Origin: an uncultured Solirubrobacterales bacterium
GTDB taxonomy: Bacteria; Actinomycetota; Thermoleophilia; Solirubrobacterales; Solirubrobacteraceae
Direction of reading: 5' to 3'
Length of the DNA stretch: 64,000 nucleotides
Assembly (NCBI GenBank): GCA_963767295.1
Contig: CAVYDI010000001.1
Location: forward strand, 47,820 to 111,819
Shown here: positions 37,401-46,710 of the stretch, piece by piece
Layout of the letters: every line of letters begins with the position of its first letter
How positions within the stretch are numbered: the first letter of the stretch is position 1
Notes under the pieces: generated by a model
The model's input: only the letters and a program-made list of their open reading frames with translations
What the model was told of the DNA's origin: nothing
Database searches by the model: none
Program-made: the position numbers and the translations under genes

Positions 37401-37650
37401 CCTTCTCGGTGAAGGTGATTGCGAGCATCGCGGCGACATCGACCCCGTCTTCTGTCACCGAGCGTGCGAAGCGCTCTACCAACACCGAGGTCTTGCCGCT
37501 GCCGGCGCTCGCGTCGAGCAGCATCTCGCCTTCGCGCTCGTCGATCGCGCGTTGCTGCTCGGGCGTCAGGCCCGAACCGGGCTCTGGTGTCAATGACAAG
37601 TCGGGGTCCTCGGCTTCCACCAGCTCTAGCTCCAGCTCAAGCTGTTGCAC
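34462..37650 (-). CDS. addA: AddA-type UvrD helicase with C-terminal PD-(D/E)XK nuclease
   Basis: ASAGSGKT Walker A, VDELQD, TNFRS, MTIHRAKGLEF, YVAMTRARE, GILD..VVDYKT; GTG start overlaps the partner's stop. Confidence 0.9.
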   Translation of the reverse strand: MQQLELELELVEAEDPDLSLTPEPGSGLTPEQQRAIDEREGEMLLDASAGSGKTSVLVERFARSVTEDGVDVAAMLAITFTEKAAAELRDRIRLRLRALGAETAARATEGAFISTIHGFCARVLRAQALAAGLDPEFTVLDEPDARGLAVAAFDEALAELAASGQDGTDLIASYRPEPLRGAVRGTYAELRSRGQREPRLPAFPPQQGDEEFPYEYAARVYGLLDGLLQRFGVLYTQRKRATSGLDFADLELIARDLFISEPQVRDRYARRFERVMVDELQDVNAVQLELIQAIARDNLFAVGDALQSIYGFRHAEVELFEQLGKRLELTDSRRTLATNFRSRAEIIDVLNDAFTAELGDRFRQLLAGRSPVGDLERPVELLLVDKSAEWPAQAGAATAWRLAEARALAARVRELVDDGAAPREIVLLTRATTDMRCYERALEDRGVPTYVIGGRGYWSHPQVIDLLAYLRALANPRDQEALYTVLVSPLVGVSLDALVLLAAAARDADREPWSVLSEGRDLLHEIASVEREQLATFADRFGAERELAARASVEELIERALAQTGYDLATLALAGGERRLANVRKLMRLGREYAASYGPDLRGFLEFVHARTMAGGGAAEESEAPVEGEALDAVRLMTIHRAKGLEFEIVCVADLGRETPRGRSSDILVVGRDGRVGLRLAWPGTGKPVPVLDHRSLCDEYQEADAAEERRLFYVAMTRARERLILSGAARLEPDGNLVLNDRGAPIGWIARAMAAAGVAPVIVRPPMALAGPAAAGVARPAASVDARFEPRAGEADRAPLALPALSYSSLTEYRRCGYRFYMERVLGLPSATDDEPAAQEGAAASVGLTASERGVLGHALLERFDFARPQRPDSETVAKAARLVGVPTPPDEELTDLLMVFAASPLAQRLARASWVRREQRFGFLLENGPMVTGILDAVAGEPGERMLVVDYKTDRLEGLEVEQLVTSAYATQRLVYALAALRAGAVEVEVAHAFLERPDQPATAVFSRAEMGRLERELKDLADAIELREFAVTEQPGRAICRGCPVEGGLCPWPLAMTRR

Positions 37651-40543
37651 GGCAGATCCCCGGGTAGGCGCACCCGAAGCGCGAGCAGGTCTCCGGATGA
37701 GGCACCACATCGCCGGCCCGCAGCCGCAGCGCCACCGCTGACGCCCATTCCGCGGCGCAGGCAACGGCGGCCTCGAGCTCCTCGGGCGTGCGGGCGTCGT
37801 TGCTCACGATCTCGGCGCCTACCGGGACACCCTCGACGAACGCTCCCCGCGGACGCAGATCGTCGCCGCCCAGCGGCTGGTAGAAGCCTGCGACCGGATC
37901 GAGCCCGAGGAGCTCGCGCACCGCGAGCATGTACAGCGGGACCTGCACCCGACGGTCGATCTCCCATCGCGCGCCCTGGAACTCCGCGCGGGTGCCGCCG
38001 GTCTTGTAGTCGCGCACGACCGCGCGACGGGCGTGGTCTCCCGAGCCCGGCGGCTCGGTGTCCACGCGGTCGATCACCCCCCGCACGCGCACTTCGCCGG
38101 CCAGCTCCAGCGCCGGGAGCGACTTGGGATCCTCATCTTCAAAGCCGAAGCGCAGCTCGAGCGCCTCGGCGGCCCACTCGATCCCCGACGACGCCTCGCT
38201 TTGCAGGTAGCGGTCGATGTCGGCCTCGATCGCGCGCACAAGCCCCGCACGCACCGCTTCAGGCCGACCGACACCAATCCTCGTTGCATGCTCCTGCAAG
38301 AGTGAGCCGACGATCCGCCTGGCTTCAGGCAGCAACGCGGGTGTGATCCTTCCGCCCAGGCGCTCAAGCAGCTCCTCCAGCACGGTGTGCACCAGCGTGC
38401 CGCGGGCGAGGAAGTCGGGCTGCGGTTCGAAGGGCTCCGGTCGCAGCTCGCGTTCGACCAGCCACTTCATCGGGCAGTCGCCGTAGGACTCGAGCGCGCC
38501 CGCCGAGACGAGCTCGCAGTGGCGCACGTGGCCGCGCGCGTTTTCACCGAGCGCGTACTCAAAAGGCTCCAACGCGAGCTCCGTTGACTCAACGGCGAGC
38601 GCGCGTGCCCGCTCCCGAGCGGTGGGCGCCCGATCGGAGGCCCACACAACCTCGTCGAGCATCCTCCGGCCGCGGCGGGCCGCCCACCCCTCGTCGAGCA
38701 GCTCTGCGACGTCCTCGATGAACGGCGACGGCAGCTCAATGTTGCCCTCCTCGTCGGAGCTTCGGTAACTCAGCACGAGCTGGTCGGTAGCCCGCGAGAC
38801 GCAGGCATAGAACAGGTAGCGCTCCTGCTCAAGCGAGTCCTCGCGCAGCCGCAGGTGCAGCGACCCGCTCGCGAGCTCTCGGCGCAAGTCGTCGGGCAGC
38901 AGCGGATCGGGCCTGCCGGGAAGCGGAAACTCGCTCTCCTGCAGCCCGCAGACGAACACCGCGCGAAAGCGCCGGGCGCGGATCTCGAGCGGCTCGGCGA
39001 CCATCACCGCGCCCGCCGATTGCTGAGGCTCGAACGGCACTTTCAGGTGCTCGAGCACGTCGAGCAGTTCCTCTCCACTCAAAGCCTCCCGTAGCTCCGA
39101 CAGCTCCGCGAGCGAGCGCAGCAGCACCGCGAGCGCTCGCGCATCGAGCTCCTGGCGGCGGTCGAGGACCGGTGCCAGCCCGCGGCGATGGCTCGCGAAC
39201 AGCCGCTGAGCCTGTCTGCCAAGCTCGGCCACCGGGTCGCGCGCTCGCCGCAGAGCCTCGATCTCGGCGAACCGCAGGCCGCTCGCGGCGACCGCCTCGG
39301 CCGCGTTTCGCAGTCCCTGACGACGCACGGTCGCCTCGACCGTATCCGCAGTCTCAAGCCTCGACAGCAGCCCCGGCGTGCGCAGATAGGTGATCAAATC
39401 CGCCACGCTGGCGCCCGACCCGCCCAGCCACGCGCACCTCGCAAGCGCCGCCAGGCCGCGGCCGAGCGGCGTGTGCACGAATGGCTCCTCCCGCTGCAGC
39501 GCGATCGGGATGCCGAATACCTCGAACACGCGCTCGAGCAGGGCGCCCGCCCGCCGCAGCGACCGATAGACGACCGCGATCTCGCCCGCCGGCACGCCCA
39601 CGTCCAGCAGCCGCAGTACCTCGGCAGCGACCAGCTCGGCCTCGGCCCGCTCGCCCCCGGCCTCGAGCAAGCGGATCGAGTCGCCTGGATCGATTCGCGC
39701 TTCACCCCGCGACTCGAACAGGTGCCGTTCGAGGTGGTGAAGTGGCCGCCGCGCGGTCGCGGCGTAGTACTCGGAGACCGCGGGCAGCTCGATGACCCGG
39801 GCTGCGCGTTCACGGAGGGCATCTACCGCCTCCCCGCGTGCCGCAAGCGCGGCGCGCTCGGGTTCCCAGGTGAGCGAAACCGTCACCTCGGCGGCAGCCG
39901 CGCCGGCGAGCGTCTCGATCGCATAGCGCTCGGCCCGCGTGAGGTCGTCGAAGCCGTAGACGAACAGCGGCGTCTCACCCCACGCGTCCGGGGAAGCGGC
40001 CAGGGCGTCGACCGCCCGCCACGCGAACAGCTCGCCGTCAACGCGGCCGCGGCGGCGAAGCTCTCCCGCGTAGGCGTCGTAGACCGCGGCGAGATCGTGT
40101 GAGTAGTCGCGGCGGCGCAAGTCCGGCGCGGCCCAATCACGCAGCGCCGCGGCAAAGCGCTCGGGCGTGATCAAAGCCCGTTCGAGTTCCGAGATCAGTC
40201 CCCAGGCGGCATTTGCAAATCCGCGCGCGCCGACGGATCGCCGTGCGACCGTGAGCTTGGCGCGTCGCAAGGCCCGCCGCAACAGGCGGTCACGCTGCAG
40301 CGTCGAAAGGCGCGCTGGCCGGCAACCGGCGCGCCGCCCGATCTCCCCCACCAGCCCTCTGAACGTGACCACGGGCCCGCCAAGGACGACGCCCCGCTCC
40401 GCGAGCTCACGCCCGTACCACTCGGCGTCCTGTCGCGTTGGCACAACTAACAGCGGCTCACGAGCGGCCGCCTCGGCGCAGGCACCCAGAACCACCCCGG
40501 CTTTGGCCGAGTTCGCTGGCCCGAGAATGAGCGTGAGCGTCAC
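37637..40543 (-). CDS. addB: AddB-type inactive-helicase/nuclease subunit
   Basis: GPANSAKAG degenerate Walker A; RGVIDRVD..DYKTG nuclease; C..P plus C-x4-C-x5-C Fe-S-type Cys set. Confidence 0.85.
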   Translation of the reverse strand: MTLTLILGPANSAKAGVVLGACAEAAAREPLLVVPTRQDAEWYGRELAERGVVLGGPVVTFRGLVGEIGRRAGCRPARLSTLQRDRLLRRALRRAKLTVARRSVGARGFANAAWGLISELERALITPERFAAALRDWAAPDLRRRDYSHDLAAVYDAYAGELRRRGRVDGELFAWRAVDALAASPDAWGETPLFVYGFDDLTRAERYAIETLAGAAAAEVTVSLTWEPERAALAARGEAVDALRERAARVIELPAVSEYYAATARRPLHHLERHLFESRGEARIDPGDSIRLLEAGGERAEAELVAAEVLRLLDVGVPAGEIAVVYRSLRRAGALLERVFEVFGIPIALQREEPFVHTPLGRGLAALARCAWLGGSGASVADLITYLRTPGLLSRLETADTVEATVRRQGLRNAAEAVAASGLRFAEIEALRRARDPVAELGRQAQRLFASHRRGLAPVLDRRQELDARALAVLLRSLAELSELREALSGEELLDVLEHLKVPFEPQQSAGAVMVAEPLEIRARRFRAVFVCGLQESEFPLPGRPDPLLPDDLRRELASGSLHLRLREDSLEQERYLFYACVSRATDQLVLSYRSSDEEGNIELPSPFIEDVAELLDEGWAARRGRRMLDEVVWASDRAPTARERARALAVESTELALEPFEYALGENARGHVRHCELVSAGALESYGDCPMKWLVERELRPEPFEPQPDFLARGTLVHTVLEELLERLGGRITPALLPEARRIVGSLLQEHATRIGVGRPEAVRAGLVRAIEADIDRYLQSEASSGIEWAAEALELRFGFEDEDPKSLPALELAGEVRVRGVIDRVDTEPPGSGDHARRAVVRDYKTGGTRAEFQGARWEIDRRVQVPLYMLAVRELLGLDPVAGFYQPLGGDDLRPRGAFVEGVPVGAEIVSNDARTPEELEAAVACAAEWASAVALRLRAGDVVPHPETCSRFGCAYPGICRATA

Positions 40544-40639
40544 AGCTCACATGGTGGCGCTCGGCGCCGACGGGATCAGATGGCCCCGCCCGCAGCTGCT
40601 CGTTCTCCCGTACAACCACCGTTACGCTTCTCCTGACCG

Positions 40640-41389
40640 GTGGCCGCTCCCGCCAACAGCCCGCCGTCCCCCTCCTTACCTTCGGCGCGCAAGCGGCACG
40701 CGCTCGAGCTGTTCGCTGGCCTTCCGGGCGCCTACGACCGCATGGGCGCCGTCCTCAGCTTCGGCCAGGACCCGCGCTGGCGACGGGCGTTAATCGACGC
40801 GATCGACCCGCGGCCCGGCCAGCGCATACTCGACGTCGCGACCGGCACAGGGCTGGTGGCCTTCGCGCTGGCCGCAAGAGGTTGCGGCGTCGTCGGACTC
40901 GATCAGAGTGAGGCGATGCTCGCGCGTGCGCGCCAACGGCTCGCGCAGCATCCCGCGCCGATCACATTCGTGAAGGGCGAGGCGGAGAGCCTGCCCTTCG
41001 GCGACGCCACGTTCGACGCGCTCACGTTCACCTACCTGCTGCGCTACGTCGACGACCGCGGGGCGACGCTCAGAGAGCTCGCCCGCGTCGTCAAGCCGGG
41101 CGGGCGCATCGGCATGGTCGAGTTCGGCGTCCCGCAAAACGCCGTGCTGAAGCGCCTGTGGCAACTGCACACTCGCGTCGGGCTGCCTGCGATAGGACGC
41201 TTGGTCTCGCGGGAGTGGCTCGAGGTCGGGCGCTTTCTCGGCCCGAACATCGAGGCGCTCTACGACGATGAGCCGCGGCTCACGGAGTTGTGGTGCGCCG
41301 CAGGCATTGGCGACGTGGAGACACGACCTATGAGCTTCGGGGCCGGCGTGGTGATGTGGGGCGTCAAAGATGGCGACCGCGCGCCCTAA
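40640..41389 (+). CDS. UbiE/MenG-like class I SAM methyltransferase
   Basis: YDRMGAVLSFGQDPRWRR, LDVATGTG, AESLPF.D..FD. Confidence 0.88.
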   Translation: MAAPANSPPSPSLPSARKRHALELFAGLPGAYDRMGAVLSFGQDPRWRRALIDAIDPRPGQRILDVATGTGLVAFALAARGCGVVGLDQSEAMLARARQRLAQHPAPITFVKGEAESLPFGDATFDALTFTYLLRYVDDRGATLRELARVVKPGGRIGMVEFGVPQNAVLKRLWQLHTRVGLPAIGRLVSREWLEVGRFLGPNIEALYDDEPRLTELWCAAGIGDVETRPMSFGAGVVMWGVKDGDRAP

Positions 41390-42110
41390 GCCAAAGCCCG
41401 CTTTCTACGCGCTGCGGCCGGGCGGCTGGCGCGATCTGATCACGCTCCTGCATCCGCCCTACACCGCGTGGCATCTCAGCTACGTCGCGCTCGGTGCGGT
41501 CGCGGCGCCGAAGGTCTACGGCGATCGGCTGGGCGCCGCGGTCGGGGCCTTCGCGCTGGCGGTCGGCATCAGCGCTCACGCGCTCGACGAGCTCAACGGC
41601 CGCCCGCTTCAGACGCGCCTCCGCAAGACAACGCTCATCGCGCTCGCGATCGCGGGCCTGGCGGGTGCGCTGGCGCTCGGCGGGCTCGGGCTCGTGATCG
41701 TCTCCCCTCTGCTCGCGCCGCTGATCGCGGTCGGCGCGCTGCTGGTCCCCGTTTACAACCTCGAGTGGGCGGGTGGCCGCTTCCACAACGACGTCTGGTT
41801 TGCGCTCGCTTGGGGCGGCTTTCCGGCCTTCACGGGCTACTTCGTCAACTCGCTCGACGTCAGGCCCGCCGGCATCCTCGTGGCCGCCGCCTGCACCTTG
41901 CTCAGCCTCGCGCAACGCCGCCTCAGTACGCCCGCGCGCGAGCTGCGCCGTAGAACGCTCGCGGTAACTGGCGAGCAACAACTCGCCGACGGCAGCACCA
42001 AACCGCTAACCCAGGAGAGCCTCTCGGCTCCGCTCGAGTCCGCGTTGAACGCGCTTTGGCTCGCGCTTGTCCTGCTGGCGGCGGGGCTAGTTGTGGTCCG
42101 GCTCGCCTGA
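41370..42110 (+). CDS. Integral membrane protein, UbiA prenyltransferase-like
   Basis: About 8 hydrophobic segments; AHALDE and YNLE motifs; overlaps the methyltransferase gene. Confidence 0.6.
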   Translation: MATARPKPKPAFYALRPGGWRDLITLLHPPYTAWHLSYVALGAVAAPKVYGDRLGAAVGAFALAVGISAHALDELNGRPLQTRLRKTTLIALAIAGLAGALALGGLGLVIVSPLLAPLIAVGALLVPVYNLEWAGGRFHNDVWFALAWGGFPAFTGYFVNSLDVRPAGILVAAACTLLSLAQRRLSTPARELRRRTLAVTGEQQLADGSTKPLTQESLSAPLESALNALWLALVLLAAGLVVVRLA

Positions 42111-42142
42111 CAGCGGCGGATACACATTCGGGCGCCTCTGCG

Positions 42143-42724
42143 ATGAGTAATCAGATGCCAGGCTCAGGCCGCGCGCCCGACAGACGCAGCGACGCAGTAC
42201 TTCTGCGCGAAGCAGGGTCCGATCCCGCGGCGTTCTCGGAGCTGTACGTGCGCCACGTGGAGGCGGTTTACGGCTGGTTGCGGCGCAGAATCCAGTGGGC
42301 CGCCAGCGACCTCACCGCGGAGACGTTTGCGCGGGCGTGGCTTACCCGTAAGCGCTTCCGCGACCAGCGCGGTGGGTCCGCGCTGCCGTGGCTGCTGGGG
42401 ATAGCCGCCAACCTGCTGGCCGATGCGGCTCGCCACGACCGCATCGAGACCCGGGCGCGCGAGCGCCTTGGCCTGCCGCTCGATCTCGCAACCGATGACG
42501 GTTACACCGAGGTCGACCAGCGGCTCTCGCCCCGCGTGGCGTTGCAGCGCCATGTCGAGTCGCTCGCGCCTCACGAGCGTGACGCGCTTGAGCTTCGCAT
42601 CGTGCAAGAACTGCCCTACGACGAGGTGGCGTCGCGTCTGGCGATCCGCCCGGCGGCTGCTCGCCTGCGCGTCTCGCGCGCGCTCCGGCGGCTCGCGTTG
42701 ACCGTTCCGAAGGAGGAAGCGTGA
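42143..42724 (+). CDS. ECF RNA polymerase sigma factor
   Basis: AAFSELY.RH, DLTAETF.RAW, PWLLGIA.N; region 4 L...ERDAL.L...L.YDEVA. Confidence 0.9.
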   Translation: MSNQMPGSGRAPDRRSDAVLLREAGSDPAAFSELYVRHVEAVYGWLRRRIQWAASDLTAETFARAWLTRKRFRDQRGGSALPWLLGIAANLLADAARHDRIETRARERLGLPLDLATDDGYTEVDQRLSPRVALQRHVESLAPHERDALELRIVQELPYDEVASRLAIRPAAARLRVSRALRRLALTVPKEEA

Positions 42725-43428
42725 ACAAAGACATCCCCCCAAGCCTGGCGCGGTTGGAGGGCCAGCTAGAGCGGGCGATCGGGCGGGAGCTCAAACGAGC
42801 CTCCGCCCTCAAGCGCTCATGGCGGGCCCGTCCTCGCGTACTGGCCGGCACGACCATAGGCATCGCTGCGATCGCGACAGTGCTCGCATTGGCACTCACG
42901 GCCGCCAGCAGCCCACCCGCGTTCGCCGTCACCCGCAATCACGACGGCACCGTTTCGGTCCGGATCATGCGTCTCTCAGGCGTCGCGCCCGCGAACGCGA
43001 GGCTGGCCGCGATTGGGATCCACGCCCGGCTGGTGGCGGTGCGGGCCCATTGCGCTTCGCGGGTGGCGTTGCCGCCTCCTCCGGGCAGATTTCATCCGTT
43101 CCAAACCCGGATCAGGCCCGACAAGATCCCGCGTGGCAGGACCCTGGTGCTCGGGCTCAGTAAGCCGGGGCTGGAAGTGCCTCGCTCGGGGGTATACGCG
43201 GTCCCCGCACCGGTCCCCCAGGGGATCGGGCCGCGACCCCTAGCACGAGCGGTACGCAGCTGCTTCCCGCCTCCACCTGCTTGTGCCTGGCGGGGCGCGA
43301 CCCCGAAACAGGCTCCTTTGCCTCTCCTCCGCGCCCTGCACAAAGCCAGAGGGTTACAGCACGGGGTCGCGGTCCCGCGCTGCGTGGTCGCCCTCGCCCC
43401 GCCGCCAAAGCCCGAGCAGGCGCCCTAG
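42721..43428 (+). CDS. Putative membrane-anchored anti-sigma factor
   Basis: GTGA overlap with the ECF sigma; single TM helix followed by AFAVT...DGTVSV. Confidence 0.6.
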   Translation: MNKDIPPSLARLEGQLERAIGRELKRASALKRSWRARPRVLAGTTIGIAAIATVLALALTAASSPPAFAVTRNHDGTVSVRIMRLSGVAPANARLAAIGIHARLVAVRAHCASRVALPPPPGRFHPFQTRIRPDKIPRGRTLVLGLSKPGLEVPRSGVYAVPAPVPQGIGPRPLARAVRSCFPPPPACAWRGATPKQAPLPLLRALHKARGLQHGVAVPRCVVALAPPPKPEQAP

Positions 43429-43447
43429 CGGAATAGCCACCCCGGCC

Positions 43448-43479
43448 GGTGCCTCGCCCCGCCGCGCGGGCGGGGCACC
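43448..43479 (+). terminator. GC hairpin after the anti-sigma gene
   Basis: ggtgcc..gccccgcc-gcgcg-ggcggggc.cacc stem. Confidence 0.4.
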
Positions 43480-43551
43480 GATGATTTGCGCGCGCTCGGC
43501 CGGTCGTATCGTTCGAGTCCAAAAGCACGCCCCGAACGAAGGAGGACGCGA

Positions 43552-44289
43552 ATGCCCGAGCACAAGACCGCCACGCGCGAGGAATGGCAGAAGGCCCGCG
43601 ACGAACTCGCAAAGCTCGAGGCCGAGCACGCCGAGCTCACCCAGAAGGTGACTGAGCAGCGTCGCCAGCTCCCCTGGGTCCCGGTCGAGAAGGAGTACGT
43701 GTTCGACACCGAGCAGGGCAAGAAGACCCTCGCGGAGCTGTTCGATGGGCGCTCGCAACTGCTGGCCTACAACATCATGTTCGGGCCCGACTACGAGCGC
43801 GGCGCGTGCCCAGGTTGCACGTCCCTCGGCGATGAGCTCGACGGCACGCTCGTCCATCTCAGCCATAGCGACGTGACGCTGATCTGCTTCTCGCGCGCCC
43901 CCATCGAGCGCCTCAAGGCATACAAGGAGCGCATGGGCTGGCAGTTCCCGTACGTCTCGACCTACAACACCGACTTCCCATTCGACTTCGGGCTGGCGCT
44001 CACACCCGAGCAGGCACAACAGATCCCCCAGATCAAGGAGATGATCGACAACCCGCCACCGTTCCTCACGGAGTGGTCGGAGTCGGTCGGCGCCGAGCTG
44101 AAGGACGGCCTGCGCGAGGGACCGAGCTGGATCGCCTTCGCACGTGACAACGGCACCGTCTATTACACCTACAGCGTGATGGCGCCCGATCCGTTCGTGG
44201 CGCCCTACCACGCGTTCTTGCTCCAGCGGACGCCCAAGGGCGCACCGGACGACGCCGGCGTCTGGCGCAAGGACGAGTACCCGGAATAA
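43552..44289 (+). CDS. DUF899 thioredoxin-like protein
   Basis: AAGGAGG RBS; REEW..AR..L...E, QLPWV.VEK.Y.F, LAELFDGRSQL, CPGC. Confidence 0.9.
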   Translation: MPEHKTATREEWQKARDELAKLEAEHAELTQKVTEQRRQLPWVPVEKEYVFDTEQGKKTLAELFDGRSQLLAYNIMFGPDYERGACPGCTSLGDELDGTLVHLSHSDVTLICFSRAPIERLKAYKERMGWQFPYVSTYNTDFPFDFGLALTPEQAQQIPQIKEMIDNPPPFLTEWSESVGAELKDGLREGPSWIAFARDNGTVYYTYSVMAPDPFVAPYHAFLLQRTPKGAPDDAGVWRKDEYPE

Positions 44290-44301
44290 GCGGCTAAACC
44301 G

Positions 44302-46514
44302 CTACGCCGCAGCGGCTGGGCGCCCGGCTTCCTCCTCGGAAGCCGGCGTCTTGCCTCCCTCGCGAGCCCACGGCTCGTCGAACTCGACTCGCCAGCGGCC
44401 CTCCTCGTCCTGCTCCAACGCTAGCCGCGCGCGGAAGGTCCGTCCCGAGCGCCCCTTGAACCCAGACACCGGCTTCTCGGTGCGCCCGGTCTTGATCAGC
44501 TCGCGCGCGACGGAGACCGGCAGTTGCTTTGAAGCCTTGCCCTTCCAGATCACAAACCCACAGCCCGGATCCTCGCGCGACCAGCACGAGTAGCCGCGGC
44601 GGTTCTCGCGTATCTCGCGCCCGCAGACCGGACACGGACCCAAGGCAGCGCGCTCGATGCGCACGCCCTTGAGCCGCTCGTCGAGCTCGCCGACGGTCGA
44701 TTCGGTGAACTTGACGATGTCGCCCATAAACGCCTCGCGCGAGTCAGATCCCATCTCGATGTTCGCCAGCCGGTGCTCCCACTCGCCTGTCAGCCCCGGC
44801 GAGGTAAGAGCGTGCTGCCCCAAAAGCCGGATCACGTTGAGGCCCTTTTCGGTGACCACCAGCGCGCGCCCGTCGCGCTCCACGTAGCCGACCTGGATCA
44901 GCCGCTCGATGATCGCCGCGCGCGTGGCGGGCGTGCCGATCCCGGAGTCCTTCATCGCCTCGCGCAGCTCCTCGTCGTCGACCAGCTTGCCGGCCGTCTC
45001 CATGACGACCACGAGCGATGCCATCGGTGTAGCGGCGGGGCGGCTTGGTCTCCTTCTGCTCGGAGCCAACCTCCACCACCGCCGTGGATTCGCCCTGCGA
45101 GAGCTTGGGCAGCTGTTGCTCGCGCACCTCATCGTCATCTGTGCGCTCGGAGTCCGGGAGCTCGCCGTAGACCCCGCGCCAGCCCGGAACAAGGATCCGC
45201 TTGCCGGTAGTACGGAAGACGTATTCCAAAACGGTGGTCTCCACGCGCGTGTTCTCGACCACCGCGTCGGGGTGAAACACCCCCAGAAAGCGCCGCACCA
45301 CCATGTCGTAGATCTTGCGATCGTCGTCGCGAGAACTTCTCGACCGGATGGCGCTCTGCCAGCGTGGGGATGATCGCGTGGTGGTCCGAGACGCGGGCGT
45401 CGTTGACCACGCGCCCTAGCGGCAGCACGTCGAGCCCCTGGACGTAGTGGGCGGCCTCGCGGTACTCCGGCTGCCCGCCCACCAGCCGTGCGATGGGCTT
45501 GAGCTGCCCGACCATGTCGCCTGTCAAAAAGCGCGAGTTGGTGCGCGGATAAGTCAGCGACGCGTACTCCTCGTAGAGCCGCTGCGCGGCGGCGAGCGTG
45601 CGGCGCAGCGTGAACCCGTACCGGCTCGAGGCGTCGCGCTGTAGCGAAGTCAGGTCGTAGAGCAGCGGCGCGCGCTCCTTGCGCTCTGACTTCTCGAGCT
45701 TGGTGATCTCGCCCGTCTGCCCCTCGCACGCGGTGACGATCTTCTGCGCCTCGGAAGCCTCCTTCAGGCGTGGATTGGCGCCCGCGTAGAAGCGCCCCTG
45801 GTACACGCGAGCGCTCGGCTCCTCGACCGGCTCAAAGGTCGCGTCCACGACCCAGTAGGGCTCCGGCTTGAACGCCCGGATCTCCTCCTCACGCTGGGCC
45901 AGGATCGCCAGCGTAGGCGTCTGCACCCGCCCGAGCGAGACGGCGCCGTCAAACGCCGAGCGCAGAGCGGATGGTCGCCGCGCGCGTGGCGTTCATGCCC
46001 ACGATCCAGTCGGCCTCAGAGCGCGAGCGCGCCGCCGCTTCGAGCGTGGCGAACTCCGCTTCGGGGCGCAGGCGCCCGAAGGCGTCCTTGATCGCCTGCT
46101 TGGTCATCGAGTTCAGCCACAGCCGCTGAACCGGCTTCTTGAGCCCGACTTCTCATACACGTAGGCGAAGATCAGCTCGCCCTCGCGCCCGGCGTCACAG
46201 GCGTTGACCACGAGCTCGACGTCGTCGCGGCCCAGCAGTCGCTTGATCACGGTCATCTGCCGCTTCGAGCGCTCGTCGCGCACCACGAGCTTGAAGCGGT
46301 CGGGCACGATCGGCAGATCCGCCATGCGCCACTTCTTGAAGCGCGCGTCGTACTCGTCGGGGTCGGCGAGCTGCACCAGGTGCCCGACGGCCCACGTGAC
46401 GACGTGGTCGGGGCCCTCCAGGTAGCCCTCGTGCTTTTCGAACGCGCCGGGCAGCACCTGGGCGAGCTCACGCCCCACGGAGGGCTTCTCAGCGATGACG
46501 AGCGTCTTGGCCAT
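44302..46514 (-). pseudogene. topB: DNA topoisomerase III (type IA) broken by at least 4 frameshifts
   Basis: AEKPS TOPRIM, DAGREGE, GRVQTPT, LTYPRT catalytic Tyr, GIGTPATR and C-terminal Zn ribbon lie in different frames; could be sequencing error. Confidence 0.8.
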
Positions 46515-46710
46515 GAGCTTGGTGAGGGTAGCGCCGGCGCCACTCGGGGCCTACGAGCGGGGCAACCTCCTCAAAATCGGCGCGCGAACGGACCGCGGTC
46601 AGTTCGTCTCCGGCGCGATTCTCGGGCTCCCAGAGATCACGGCAGACCCGCAGTGGCCTAAAGCCGCGCGCTGCGTAGTACGCCCGCCTACCCGGGCGCT
46701 CAGTACCCGC

